A stretch of DNA of 64,000 bases from Hyaloraphidium curvatum SAG 235-1 (lineage: Eukaryota; Fungi; Monoblepharomycota). This document shows positions 34,357-45,970 of the stretch, one piece after another. The stretch lies in NCBI GenBank assembly GCA_025558095.1, contig JAIVFI010000007.1, positions 62,001-126,000 of the forward strand. The letters are read 5' to 3'. The number at the start of each line of letters is the position of its first letter. Within the stretch, counting starts at the first letter, position 1. The notes beneath the pieces are model-generated. The model was not told where the DNA came from, ran no database searches, and was given only the letters and a program-made list of their open reading frames with translations. A program made the position numbers and the translations under genes.

Positions 34357-35028
34357 TCAGCGATAGGTCTCGTAGATCACCTGTCCCGCGAACCAGGCCG
34401 GTTCCGCGGCGCCGTCGATCGCCGCGCGCGCCTCGGCCTCCTCCCTCCGCCCGGGCGGAAGGCATGGAAGCGATAACGCGTCGAGGCGCAGCCCCCCCGC
34501 CGCCGTTCCGATCCTCGTCTTTTCTTCCTCGGTCACGGTAAGGTAGCCGTCCGGAAGCCTGGCTACGTCCGTGTCCTCGTCCTCCAGGTCGTGCACCTTG
34601 GCGAGGTGCTCCCTGTGGCGCTCGAGGGCCAGGAACCACACCGGATCGGAATCGACGCCGAAATGGTGCGAGGTCACGTGGACGACGGAGACGCCGAAGA
34701 GGCGCCGCAGTTCTCCCCGGAGACGCACGGCGATCTGCTGCAACGTCTCGTCGGGCCACGTCACCTCCACCTTCCCCCCCAGGAACGCGAACACGGGGCC
34801 TTCCGGGTCCTGGCGCGGATCAATCGCGTCCCACAGAGCATCTTCGATGAGCCGGAGCACCTCGCCGGGCAGCTCCGCGAACGGGTTATTGGGAGCGCGG
34901 CCGCGCGCGGTGAGGCGGAGCTCCTCGACGGCGGGGCGCCACGCGGAAAAGACCTCGAGGTGGCGGCGGAGCTGCAGGCTCCGCACCGGCTGGCCGTAGA
35001 AGAGGCTGGCGGCGGTGGTGGTGGGCAT
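34357..35028 (-). CDS. Small protein with internal F-box-like motif (paralog of 39717-40478)
   Basis: YGQPV..QL..WRPAVEELRL..NPFAELPGEVLRLIEDALW; WFLALERH..VHD..LPDGYL. Confidence 0.7.
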   Translation of the reverse strand: MPTTTAASLFYGQPVRSLQLRRHLEVFSAWRPAVEELRLTARGRAPNNPFAELPGEVLRLIEDALWDAIDPRQDPEGPVFAFLGGKVEVTWPDETLQQIAVRLRGELRRLFGVSVVHVTSHHFGVDSDPVWFLALERHREHLAKVHDLEDEDTDVARLPDGYLTVTEEEKTRIGTAAGGLRLDALSLPCLPPGRREEAEARAAIDGAAEPAWFAGQVIYETYR

Positions 35029-35223
35029 CGCGGGAGGGCGGTTCGGGGTTTCTCTTCGCCGGGAACCCTGCTCTCCCGGGCCTACACATCCCTCCGCCGC
35101 TGGTCACCCCACACCATCTACGTCCATGAGCCGGGTCAGCTCCTCCGATCACACTTGATCTTCGTGCAGCAAGTGCGATTATCTCGTATGTTCTATACAG
35201 GACTCTCCCAAACTGTCTTCCGT

Positions 35224-38200
35224 CTACCACTGCAGACGAAGCACTCCGTCAGATCGCGTCCCGCGGTCGGAGCGCCGCCTCAAACATACCGTATCGATGT
35301 GCGCCCTCTTCTTCCCCTCCCTCCTCCCCCTCGGCGGCTGCGCTTTGAGCCCGCGCACGATCCACGCCCTCGTCTCGGCGGGATCGATCACGTTGTCGAT
35401 CTCGAGCGTGGTGGCCATGTTGAGCGCCTTGCCGCGCGCGTAGGCCGAGGCGACCTGGTGGAAGGCCCAGTGCGTCAACTCAATGTAGACAACTAGATCG
35501 TACTCCCAGTGCATACCATGGACTCGTACTTGGCCTGGCGCTCGTCGGGGTCCGCGATGGCGTTGAGCTCGTTGCGGTAGGCGAGGCGGACCGAGCCCTC
35601 GAGGCCCATCCCTGCGAGCGGAGCGGTCAACACGCGCGCGCCGCGGACGGGCAGCCGACTTGCCTCCAAACTCCCCGTTGGGCCACGAGACCGTGAACGT
35701 CGGCATGTGGAAGCTGCCGCCGGCCATGGCCTGCGCACCCAGCCCGTAGCCTACACGAAGGATCGTCAGCCGCGGCGTCCCACGTCCCCGGCAAACCCCG
35801 TCACCTTTCCGCACGACGACGCAGAAGAAGGGCACGTCGATGTTCCCCCCCACGACAAACATCCTGCACACCCTCCTCACCAGGCTCGTCTTCTCCGCCT
35901 CGGGCCCCACCATGAACCCGGGCGTGTCGCACAGGCTGAGCACGGGCAGGTCGTGCGCGTCGCAGAGCTGCAGGAACCTGGCCGCTTTGTCCGCATCGTC
36001 CCCGTCGATGGCCCCGCCGAGGTGGCGGCTGTCGTTGGCGATCAGGCCCATGGGGCGGCCCTCGACCCGGATCAGGGAGGTGATCATGCCGAGGCCGTAC
36101 TTGGGGCGGAGCTCGAGGACAGAGTCGGTGTCGGCGAGGTGCTTGATCACCTCGCGGATGTCGTAGACGCGGAGGCGGTTCTCGGGGATCAAGTGCCGCA
36201 GGATGCGCTGGTCGTAGCAGGTCCAATCCTTGACCGGCCCTTGGAAGTAACTGAGGTACTTCTTGGCCACCTGGACGGCCTCCTGTTCGTTCTCCACCAG
36301 CACGTCAATCTTTTGGAAGGGCGGAGGTCAGATTACCGTTGAGGGTCGGTGACGACGCCATGAAGAACTCACAACTCCGTTCGGCTCCTGCACAGAAACC
36401 GGGCCGACGTCTTCGGGAGTGAAGACGCCGAGGCCGCCTCCCTCGATCATCGCAGGTCCTCCCTGGAGGCAAGTTGATCAGCAACGAACAGCATCGCGCG
36501 CGAGACGACGACCAACCATTCCGATGTTTGCGTTCCTGGTCGAGATGATCACGTCGCAGCAGCCCAGCAGCGCGGCGTTGCCGGCAAAGCACCGGCCGCT
36601 GACGATGCCGACGAGCGGGACGAGGCCGGACAGCTGGGCAAACTGCAGAGACGTTCAGCGCTGCCCGAGTCACCAAGCAAGAGGACGCTTACCTTGAGGA
36701 ACGTCGTGTTGTCCAGGCCGGCCACGCTCCAAGAGTCGTCCCCGGGCCGTCCGCCTCCTCCCTCTGCGCAAACCGTCAGCACAGAGCCTCACCAACCAAT
36801 TAACGGGTATCGTACCGGCAAACATGACAATGGGAAGCCGGTGCTTGTGGGCAATGTCAAAGACGCGATCGCTCTTCTTGTCTGGAAGTAGGGAAGGAGG
36901 GCAGGCAAAGTCAACGACACGTCAAGAACTCCGAGGAGGCGAAAGCTCACGGTTCATCTTGCCCTGTGTTCCAGCGAGGACGGTGTAGTCGTACGAAAAC
37001 TGTAAACAATCGTCAGCCAAAGAGACAGACGAGCAGTTGAGGCATGGCCAACTCACGATCAGGCACCTCGTGATCTCCTCCGGGAAGCCCAGGTTGCCGT
37101 TGACGCTCGCGATGCCCGTCACCACGCCGTCGCCCGGCGAGTTCTTGAGCAGCCAGTCGAACGTCCGCCTCGATTTCTGGTTCGCCAGCGCCAGCCCGCC
37201 CCACTCGTAGAACGAGCCCGGGTCCACGAGCTCCTCGATATTCTCGCGCACGGTGCGCTGCTTGGTCTTGCGCCGCTTGGCGACCGCCTCGGGCCGGTGG
37301 GCGTCCAGGAGCAGATTCTGCCTGTCGATCATTTCCTGCAGGTCCGGCCGGATCCTCTCGAGGTCCATCACGCTCCCCGACTGCGAGTCCGCCATCCCCA
37401 TCTCCTCGGCGGACCGCGGCTCGACGAACAGCAGCGGCGCCGAGTCAGGCACCGTCATACCCTTCTTGCCCACCACCCGCCGCACGATCCCCGGCGCCGG
37501 CGCGCTGACCACGTGCTCCATCTTCATCGCCTCGACCACGGCGACCTGCTGCCCGCCCAGCACCCGGTCCCCCTCGGCCACGTCCATCGACACCACCGTC
37601 GACTGCATCGGCACCCGCACCGGCTCCGTGCCCGCGGGCCTCTGCGCCTCCAGCCCCTTGAGCACCGCCGCCAGATCGCCGAGCTGCGTGCCCAGCGACC
37701 TGATCCCGGCCTCGTTCGGCCCGTCCTTGCCGCCATCGAGCTTGACCGCGCCCATCTGCGCCGCGAGCTCCGCCGAGGTCCAGTACCGCGGCCTACCGGC
37801 GGCGGCGGCGAGGTCCAGCACCTCCTTCCACCCCCCGGCATCGAGCCACCCCGTCCAGGCCCCATTGGCGCGGACAAGCGGGTGCCGCACAAGGCCCGAG
37901 AGGAAGGCAAGAGTAGTGTCGACGCCCTCGATGCGGAACTCGGCGGCGGCGAGGAACGCGCGGTCCAAGGCGTCCTGGAGGGTGCGGCCGCGGACGACGA
38001 GCTTGGCCAAGAGGGAGTCGAATGAGGGGTTGGTGGGGAGGCCGGAGTAGCCGCAGTGGTCCACGCGGATGTGCGGCGCCGAGGGGGTTTCGAAGGCGAC
38101 GAGGGGCGGGGTGGCGGTGGGGATCCAGAGCGGGGCGTCGGTGGGGTTCTGGGGCGGCATGATCCGTTCCATCTGGGGCCAGGAGTCAGCTGATCCGAAC

Positions 38201-39524
38201 AAGACTTCTCAAGCCTGCCAAACCCACGTTGACCCGCAGCTGGACGGCGAAGCCGCGGCACTCGGGCACCTTGCCGCCGTACTCCTCCAGCAGCTCCGAC
38301 ACCGAATGTCCCATCACGCAGGCGCGAATCTGCATAGCGACGAGGTCCATCCCCGTGACCTCTTCCGTGACAGTGTGCTCGACCTGGAGGCGGGGATTGC
38401 ACTCCATGAAGAAGAAGGCTGGCGTGCCCGACGCGGAAAAGGGGACAAGGTACTCCACGGTCGCCAGGCCGGCGTAGTTGAGCGGCGCCAGGAGGCGCAG
38501 GGAGGCGTCGAGGAGCGCGGCACGGGTGGCCGGGGCCAGACCGGGTGCCGGCGCGATCTCGAGGATCTTCTGGTTCCTGGAGGGCAGCAGATCAGTTGCT
38601 GCCAACTCGCTTCTCGTGACTGGATCACCTCCGCTGGATGGAGCACTCGCGCTCCCAAACATGAACGAGCCCGCCCCTTCCGTCCCCCAATACCTGGACT
38701 TCCACGTGCCTCGCCTTGCCAATCAGCAGCTCCGCGTAGACCTCGCCCCTTCCGAACGCTTTCTCCGCCTCGGAACGGCACCGATCGTAGGCCTGGCGGA
38801 CGTCCGCGGGGCCGGATATTGCGAACGACAAAGCCCGCATGCCGCGACCGCCGCCGCCGAAAAGGGCCTTGATCATGACGCCCGTAAAGGGCGAGCTCGG
38901 TCCGCCGTGCTCCTTCTTTGCCGCCTCGAAAAAGGCAACGACCTCGTCCGCCGAAGCTCCTCCCGTCCCTGCCCCGACACCTCCTACGACGGGCACATCA
39001 CGCGAGGCGGCCCATCCTCGCGCCCGCAGTTTGTCGCCGAACAGCTCCAGGCACTCGGGGGCCGGGCCGATCCACTTCAGGCCCGCGTCAACGACGGCCC
39101 GGGCAAAGTCCGGCACTTCCGAAAGAAACCCGTATCCGGGGTGCACGGCCGTGGCGTTGGCTTCTTTCGCGGCACCAACGATTTGCTGGATGTCCAGGTA
39201 CGCGGCAGCGCCGGAGCCTGCGGACCGGAGTCAGTGGGAGACGACGCGGAGTCTCCGGCGCGCACCTTTCAGCGGCACGGCGTGGTCCGCCCTCCTCGCG
39301 TGCAGCGCGGCCGCATCGTCCTCCGAAAACACCGCGACGCTCTCGCCGCCGAGTTCGCGCACGGCACGCGCGACGCGTATGGCGATTTCGCCCCGGTTCG
39401 CGATGAGGACGCGCAGGCCGGCCGTCCCCGAGGCCAGAAGGTTCGGCGACGAGGCGGGGCCGCTCCCGGGCAAAGCCGGCGCGAGATGGCCCGCGATTAC
39501 GCCCAGCCGTCGCCTTTCTGCCAT
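35224..39524 (-). CDS. Single-chain biotin-dependent acyl-CoA carboxylase (BC-BCCP-CT; LCC-like), multi-exon
   Basis: BC: [52 protein letters not shown]: EAMKME. CT: [20 protein letters not shown]. Last intron 35230-35289 gives the C-terminus IDT|W*. Confidence 0.93.
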
Positions 39525-39716
39525 TCCGTGGGGGGGTTTGAGGGGGTCTTGCCCGGCGGACCTTCGGCCCGAATTGCGTTCCGTGCAGTGCGCCAACCGG
39601 CTCGCCACATGATTCAGCTCTCGCCCTATCACAATCGCACCATCACTGAGGCGATCACCTGCATGAATGTCGTTTCATCGGTCGTGCTCCTTTTATACAA
39701 CGTCTGGCCTGATTTT

Positions 39717-40478
39717 CTAGTAGCTCGCTTCATAGATCGACTGGGCGAGGATCCAGCAAGGCTCCGCATTGTGAAGGATGGAAACGCCTTCGATGATCGA
39801 CCTGAAGCTGCTGTGCGACCCCGGAACCGAGTCCATATCAGTGCTCGACTCGCCGTCGTCCGCTTGGGCCCTCGGAGAAGGCGTGTCGTAGACAGTGAGA
39901 CCCAGCCGCCGCACAACCGCCTCGATCCGCGCGGTCTCTTTGGGTTCGATGATCAAGTAGTCCATCGGGAGCTTGCGGGCGTCCCAATTGCGTGCGATTC
40001 CGCTCCCGACCCCGTCATGCACGTGAGTGATGAACCGCAGGTGGCGTTCCAGCGTGATCCACCACGAATCGCCCATTTCCCTGTCCAGCAACAGAGCGGA
40101 GAGCCCGAACTCGAGCAAAGTCTCGTTCGCTCGCTGCCTATGCCAGTATGCGTTTTCAAACCAGCTCTGCCAGGCTTTCTTCTCGAGGTACGCCTGAAAG
40201 TGCTCGAGCTCCTCCCGCTCCTCTTCGTTCCCCGGCTCCTCCGGCTCCACGCGCCTTTTCGGAGCCGCAATGGAGCGCCACAGCGCCTCCTCGATCATGC
40301 GGAGGATCTCTTGGGGTAGGCGCGTGAACGGGTTCTCGTCGCTGCGCCTCGCGGCCAGCCGGATTTCTTCGACCTTCGGACGCCACTTCTTGAATATCGG
40401 GAGGCGCTCGACGAGCTGCCTGCCGCTAACCCGCAGGCCGTAGACGAGGAACGCGTCCGAGCCCCATTCTGAGTTCAT
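39717..40478 (-). CDS. Small protein with internal F-box-like motif (paralog of 34357-35028)
   Basis: YGLRV..QL..WRPKVEEIRL..NPFTRLPQEILRMIEEALW; WWITLERH..VHD..LPMDYL. Confidence 0.7.
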   Translation of the reverse strand: MNSEWGSDAFLVYGLRVSGRQLVERLPIFKKWRPKVEEIRLAARRSDENPFTRLPQEILRMIEEALWRSIAAPKRRVEPEEPGNEEEREELEHFQAYLEKKAWQSWFENAYWHRQRANETLLEFGLSALLLDREMGDSWWITLERHLRFITHVHDGVGSGIARNWDARKLPMDYLIIEPKETARIEAVVRRLGLTVYDTPSPRAQADDGESSTDMDSVPGSHSSFRSIIEGVSILHNAEPCWILAQSIYEASY

Positions 40479-40659
40479 TGTGCCGAAGTTCGAAGGCGTC
40501 AAAAGAACGCCGTCGATGAAGAGAAGAATGCGATGATCGACATTCTCGACGCAACGCAAGATTCAGTCATCATGTATGGTATTGCAGCACTCAAAAATCC
40601 CAAAGATCCAAGCTCTACATACTCTAGATCTTCCCGCCAAATACATGCGCGCCGTGCGC

Positions 40660-42581
40660 TCAGTGCAGGGTCTGGTGGAGCGGGTTCTTGCTCGGGTCGA
40701 CCATGCCGGAGTCGATCGTGTCCGCCGCGGCGAAGGTGACGCCCTCGTCGGCCGAGGTCTTCTCCGCCATGACCTTTGCGGCGTGGTGGGTCGGGTCGGG
40801 GTCGAAGTAGCCATGTTCCCTGTGGAGGCGGAAGTCGATCAGGGGTGCCAATTTGAGGCCGAGCAGGGCTACTCACATGTCGCCCATCTGGGCGTGGTCC
40901 GAGCCGGTAACCTCGGCGTCGGCCGCAAGGCGGACCTTCAGGCCGGGGATCTTGTCGATCACGAAAAGCAGGGCGTACGAGACGATGAAGGACCAGGGGC
41001 CGATGGTCACCACGCCGACGAGTTGCTTGAACGGCTGCACCCTACCGACCACATGGGGTTAGTACGCTGGTCGAGCAGAAGTCGGCGCACAAACTCACCA
41101 GTTGCCGTCGAGCCAGCCGCCCTTGATCGTGTAGCCGCCGAGCTGGGTCACGCCGCTCTGGGCAAAAATGCCCGTGAGGAAGGCGCCGGCGATGCCGCCG
41201 ATGCCGTGCAGGCCGAAGGTGTCAAGGGCATCGTCGATGAAAATGTGCGGGCGGGCAAAGTGGGTCCAGCAGTAGCATGCGACGGCGGTGAGGGCGCCGA
41301 TCGCGAGGGAGGGGGCGGGCCAGACAAAGCCGCAGGCGGGGGTGATGCCGACGAGGCCGGCGATGACGCCGTTGACGATGGCCTCGGCGGTGATCTTCTT
41401 GTGGTGGATGTAACCGATGAGGCAGTAGGTGAGGGCACCGGCGCAGGCGGCAAAGTGGGTGACGACGGCGGCGTTGAGGGCCTGGAAGTTGAGGGCGAGG
41501 GTGGAGCCGGCGTTGAAGAAGTACCAGCCGAACCAGATGAGGCCGGTGCCGAAGAGCACGTCCTTCATCGAAGCGGGGTAGACGTTCTTGTTCTGGCGCG
41601 GGCCGAGGAAGAGGGCGAGGGCGAGACCAGCAGCGCCCGAAGCAACGTGCACGGCGGTGCCGCTGCGGGGAAGCCGCCACAGTTAAGGACCTGAAACACG
41701 AACGACGAGCCAAGCAAAGCTCACCCGGCGAAGTCGAGCTCGCCCATGGTCTTGAGCCAGCCGACGGGGCCCCACATCCACGCGATGAAGAAATCGTAGC
41801 ACAGAGTGCTCCACAGGACAAGGAAGAGCGTCATGGGCCAGATGCGGATGCGCTCAGCACCGCCGCCGATGATGATCACTGGGGTGATGGCAGCGAACCT
41901 GCGGCAGGTGCGATTGAGCAACAGCAGGGCTAGAAGCGAGGCAAGCGGCCACGTACATGCACTGGAAGAGCATGAAAATGCTGGCCGGGATGGCAGGAGC
42001 GACGAGCATGGGCTCGATGCCGACGTTGATCAAGAGGGCGTTGTCTGGTCGGAGATCAGCTGTGGTCTGTGAGGCAATCGGGAACTGCCGCCTCACCGAA
42101 GTTTCCGATGAAGAACGACGCGGTGTTGGAGTACGAAAGCGAGAAGCCGAATAGGAAGTACTGGAGCGAGATAACGACTGCGCTGGGAGTGGGTACCATC
42201 AGCGGCCTGTCCCGTGCCGTACGGCAAAGACGGGGGCGCATACCCGGTGTAGCAGATGGCCATCATCGTCAGGACGCTGCGCTTGCCGCCCCAGCCTCCG
42301 TAGAGCATGCCCAAGCCGCTGGTGAAGTCGGCCGGCGACGTTGGCAATTCGGCGGGGGAGCCCGAGGCGAACGGCGGGGCGACAGTGAGCGCCCGCGCGA
42401 GAAATCCGCGCGCCCGGGTCGCCGCTCACCCCGGGATAAGCAGCATGCACACCGCGGTGCCGACGAAGATGAACATGGAGTCGACCATGGGCATGCAGAG
42501 CGGGTTGTCCTCGGGCGCCGCGCCCGCGGGCGTGTAGCTGAGCGTGCCGATAGGGCACGAGAAGGGTTCCGGCTCGGCCAT
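40660..42581 (-). CDS. amt: Ammonium transporter (Amt/Mep), copy 1, multi-exon
   Basis: GLGMLYGG, FQC|MFAAITP, DFAG|GTAVHVASG, WFGWYFFNAGS, AGLVGITPACG, DDALDTFGLHGIGG. Confidence 0.95.
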
Positions 42582-42699
42582 GGCGAACGGTGCGTGTGAC
42601 TGTGGGGGGTAGGTGCGGAGTGGTGCGCGGGGATGCGGACTATATGGGCTGTGCGAGCGATACCGGTTCCCGATCCCCGACCGATCTTGGGGTCTTGGG

Positions 42700-43173
42700 C
42701 TTATCGTTCAGGCACATATCTGCGGAAGCCCCTCCTTCATCCATCCACGCTTTAATGCCTCTATGCTCGTGTCGACATCCAGCGGATCAAGGGACGCTAG
42801 ATCAACGGAGGACAGCGCCCGTTGGCGTAGCGCAACCCACTCCCTCCGCTCCCAGGACCCGGCGCAAAGCCGCATCCCACGAGCCAGGCGCGAACGCCGC
42901 TATAGCGCAAACTCGTCAGGACCTTTGCAGGCATTTGATCCGCCCATTTATCTTTCTGACGCAGCTTGGTCGCCACCTCGGGGCATCTTCAAAACCAACC
43001 AGGGCCCGGAGGGCCATCCGGGAACGCCGACGCAACACCACCGCCGTCATCCCGTGCCTTGTGTCTGTTCCGATGCCCGCACTGACGTAGTGGTCGCTGC
43101 GGGAGCCTCGATCCCGCTGCGGAGTTTTGCTTCGCCACACGATTGCAAGGTTTGCCACCGTCCGACCGTTATC
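42700..43173 (-). promoter_or_regulatory. Three GATAA elements upstream of AMT copy 1 (putative GATA-factor nitrogen control)
   Basis: TTATC on the + strand at 42701, 42948 and 43169. Confidence 0.35.
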
Positions 43174-43574
43174 TGAAGGAGCACTGCAGCACACATCGGC
43201 CAATGTCCTCCCCTCCGAGCCGTTAGGACGGTCCCTAGTATGCCTGGGTGCCATATTCCAGGTGGCGGTAGGTTCGCCAGGCGCAGCGCCCATCTCGCAT
43301 CCCGGGCCGAGGGTCCCCGACAGTGAAATGAAATCGGATCGCCGTCGTCCCTCGTAACAATCGGTTTGCGGGCGAGGGCAACTGGATTGACCCGCAGCAG
43401 TTCGTAGAGAATGGACTGGAGCGCAATCAAGGAAGAGTTCAGATCCAATCATATCAACAGTCTCGCGCCAATACAAAAGCGCTGTGAAATGTACACATTG
43501 CTTGAGATCACCACTCCCCCGAGTCCATCTAACTCTAAAGGATCTCCAATCCTCGAGCGGCCGGCCAGCGGCGA

Positions 43575-45472
43575 TCAGTGCAAGGTCTGGTGGAGCGGGT
43601 TCTTGCTCGGGTCGACCATGCCGGAGTCCATCGTTTCCGCAGGCGCGAAGTCGACGCCCTCCTTGCTCGCCAGCTGCTTGGCGGTGTGCGACGGGTCGGG
43701 GTCGAAGTAGCCGTGCTCCCTGGAAGGCAGAGACAATCAGCAATGTTGAGCCGAGCAGTCGAGTGCGCGGCTCACATGTCGCCCATCTGGGCGTGGTCGG
43801 AGCCGGTGACTTCGGCGTCGGCGGGCAGGCGGACCTTGAGGCCGGGGATTTTGTCGATCGCAAAGAGGAGCGCGTACGAAACGATGAAGGACCAGGGGCC
43901 GATGGTCACCACGCCGACAAGCTGCTTGAAGGGCTGCACCCTGCAGACGAATTACGGGTTGGATGGTGATTGAGAACAGACGCCGGCGCGCGAACTTACC
44001 AGTTGCCGTCCAGCCAGCCGCCGTCAATGGTGTAGCCGCCAATCTCCGTCACGGCCTTCTGGGCAAATATGCCCGTCAGGAAAGCGCCGGCGACGCCGCC
44101 GATGCCGTGCAGGCCGAAGGTGTCGAGGGCGTCGTCGATGAAGATGCGAGGGCGGGCAAAGTGGGTCCAGCAGTAGCAGGCGACGGCGGTCAAAGCGCCG
44201 ATGGCCATCGCAGGAGCGGGCCAGACGAAGCCGCACGCGGGGGTGATGCCGACGAGGCCGGCGATGACGCCGTTGACGATGGCCTCGGCGGTGATCTTCT
44301 TGTGGTGGATGTAGCCGATGACGCAGTAGGTGAGGCAGCCGGCGCAGGCGGCGAAGTGGGTGACCACAGCGGCGTTGAGGGCCTGGAAGTTGAGGGCGAG
44401 GGTGGAACCGGCGTTGAAGAAGAACCAGCCGAACCAGATGAGGCCGGTGCCGAAGAGTACGTCCTTCATCGAGGCGGGGTAGACGTTCTTGTTCTGACGC
44501 GGGCCGAGGAAGAGGGCGAGGGCGAGACCAGCGGCGCCCGAGGCGACGTGCACGGCGGTGCCGCTGCAGAGGGGGTAATATCAACATCAGCTTGGATGGA
44601 GCGAACTGCAGGATAACCCACCCAGCGAAGTCGAGTTCGCCGAACTTCTTGAGCCACCCGTTGTATCCCCACATCCAAGCGATGAAGAAGTCGTAGCAGA
44701 AAGTGCTCCAGAGGACGAGGAAGAGGGTCATGGGCCAGATGCGGATGCGCTCAGCACCGCCGCCGATGATAATGATCGGAGTGATGGCGGCGAACCTGAG
44801 GGGAGCGGAGATCAGCAACAACGTCCGCCATGATGAGGCGACGGCGACCCACATGCACTGGAAAAGCATGAAGATGCTGGCGGGGACGGCCGGGGCCACG
44901 TTCATGGGCTGGATGCCGACGTTAATCAGCAGCGCATTTTCTGATCACCGGGCGCAGGGGATCAGCGCGGTCGGGCCAAGGGGGGCAGGCGCGCGCCGCT
45001 CACCAAAGTTGCCGATGAAGAAGGAGCCCGTGTTGGAGTACGAGAGCGAGAAGCCGAAGAGGAAGTACTGAATCGAGATCACGACGGCGCTGTGAGGCGG
45101 AACCGTGATCAGCATGGCCGGCCACGTGAAAAGCGCTCGGACAAGGCGGCATACCCAGTGTAGCAGATCGCCATCATGGTGAGAACGCTGCGCTTGCCGC
45201 CCCAGCCACCGTAGAGCATGCCGAGACCTCTGATAAGGGGACAATACGGATCGCGGGAGACGTCGCGACGGGGGGAGGATCAACGCCGTTGCCCGAGGCC
45301 TCCGAGCGCAAACAACGTACCCGGGAATCAGGAGGAGGCAGACGGCCGTGCCCACGAAGATGAAGAGCGAATCTACCATCGGCATGCAGAGCGGGTTGTC
45401 CTCGGGAAGCGCGCCCGGAGCAGTGTAGCTGAGGGTGCCAATGGGGCAGGAGAAGGGTTCCGGCTCGGCCAT
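43575..45472 (-). CDS. amt: Ammonium transporter (Amt/Mep), copy 2, multi-exon tandem duplicate
   Basis: Same motifs and intron positions as copy 1; MAEPEPFSCPIGTLSY start, NPLHQTLH* end. Confidence 0.95.
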
Positions 45473-45805
45473 GGCGACGGCGTGGCGGGCTTGCGAGACG
45501 CGAGGCGGGGTTGTAGTCGAGGGAGATGGAGATGGGCGCGGGCGATGCGGCGCGGGACGGCGGGTTTTGACCCGCCGCGCGCTCCAGCCGGTTGCGATTG
45601 CGCCCTTGCGCACCCAGCGCAACGCCAACAAGTCGGCCCGAGGGATCGGTGAAACACGGCCTCACTGCCGTTGCTCTGCATCCCCAAAGACCCGGCGCAA
45701 TGGCCCCGCCGGCGCCGTCCCAAATGTCAATGGTGACTGGCCGATCCCTGCGCCATAATGCTGCGCAACAGCACAGCCTCAAAGCCGCCGAAACCGGCCA
45801 ACGAG

Positions 45806-45823
45806 CGGCCGATCGATCGGCCG
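45806..45823. repeat. Perfect 18-bp palindrome CGGCCGATCGATCGGCCG
   Basis: Self-reverse-complementary; about 335 bp upstream of the AMT copy 2 start and next to a GATAA at about 45829. Confidence 0.6.
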
Positions 45824-45970
45824 GCCAAGATAACGACGACGAAGGGAGCAGAATAGAGAGAGAGGAGAATCAGTCGGCGGCATTCAACCCGCCAGTCGTC
45901 CGCTTCTTGACCTACTACGCTGATGAGGGATGGTGCTCGTCGGACGAAGACAACCAATACAATAGATCGA

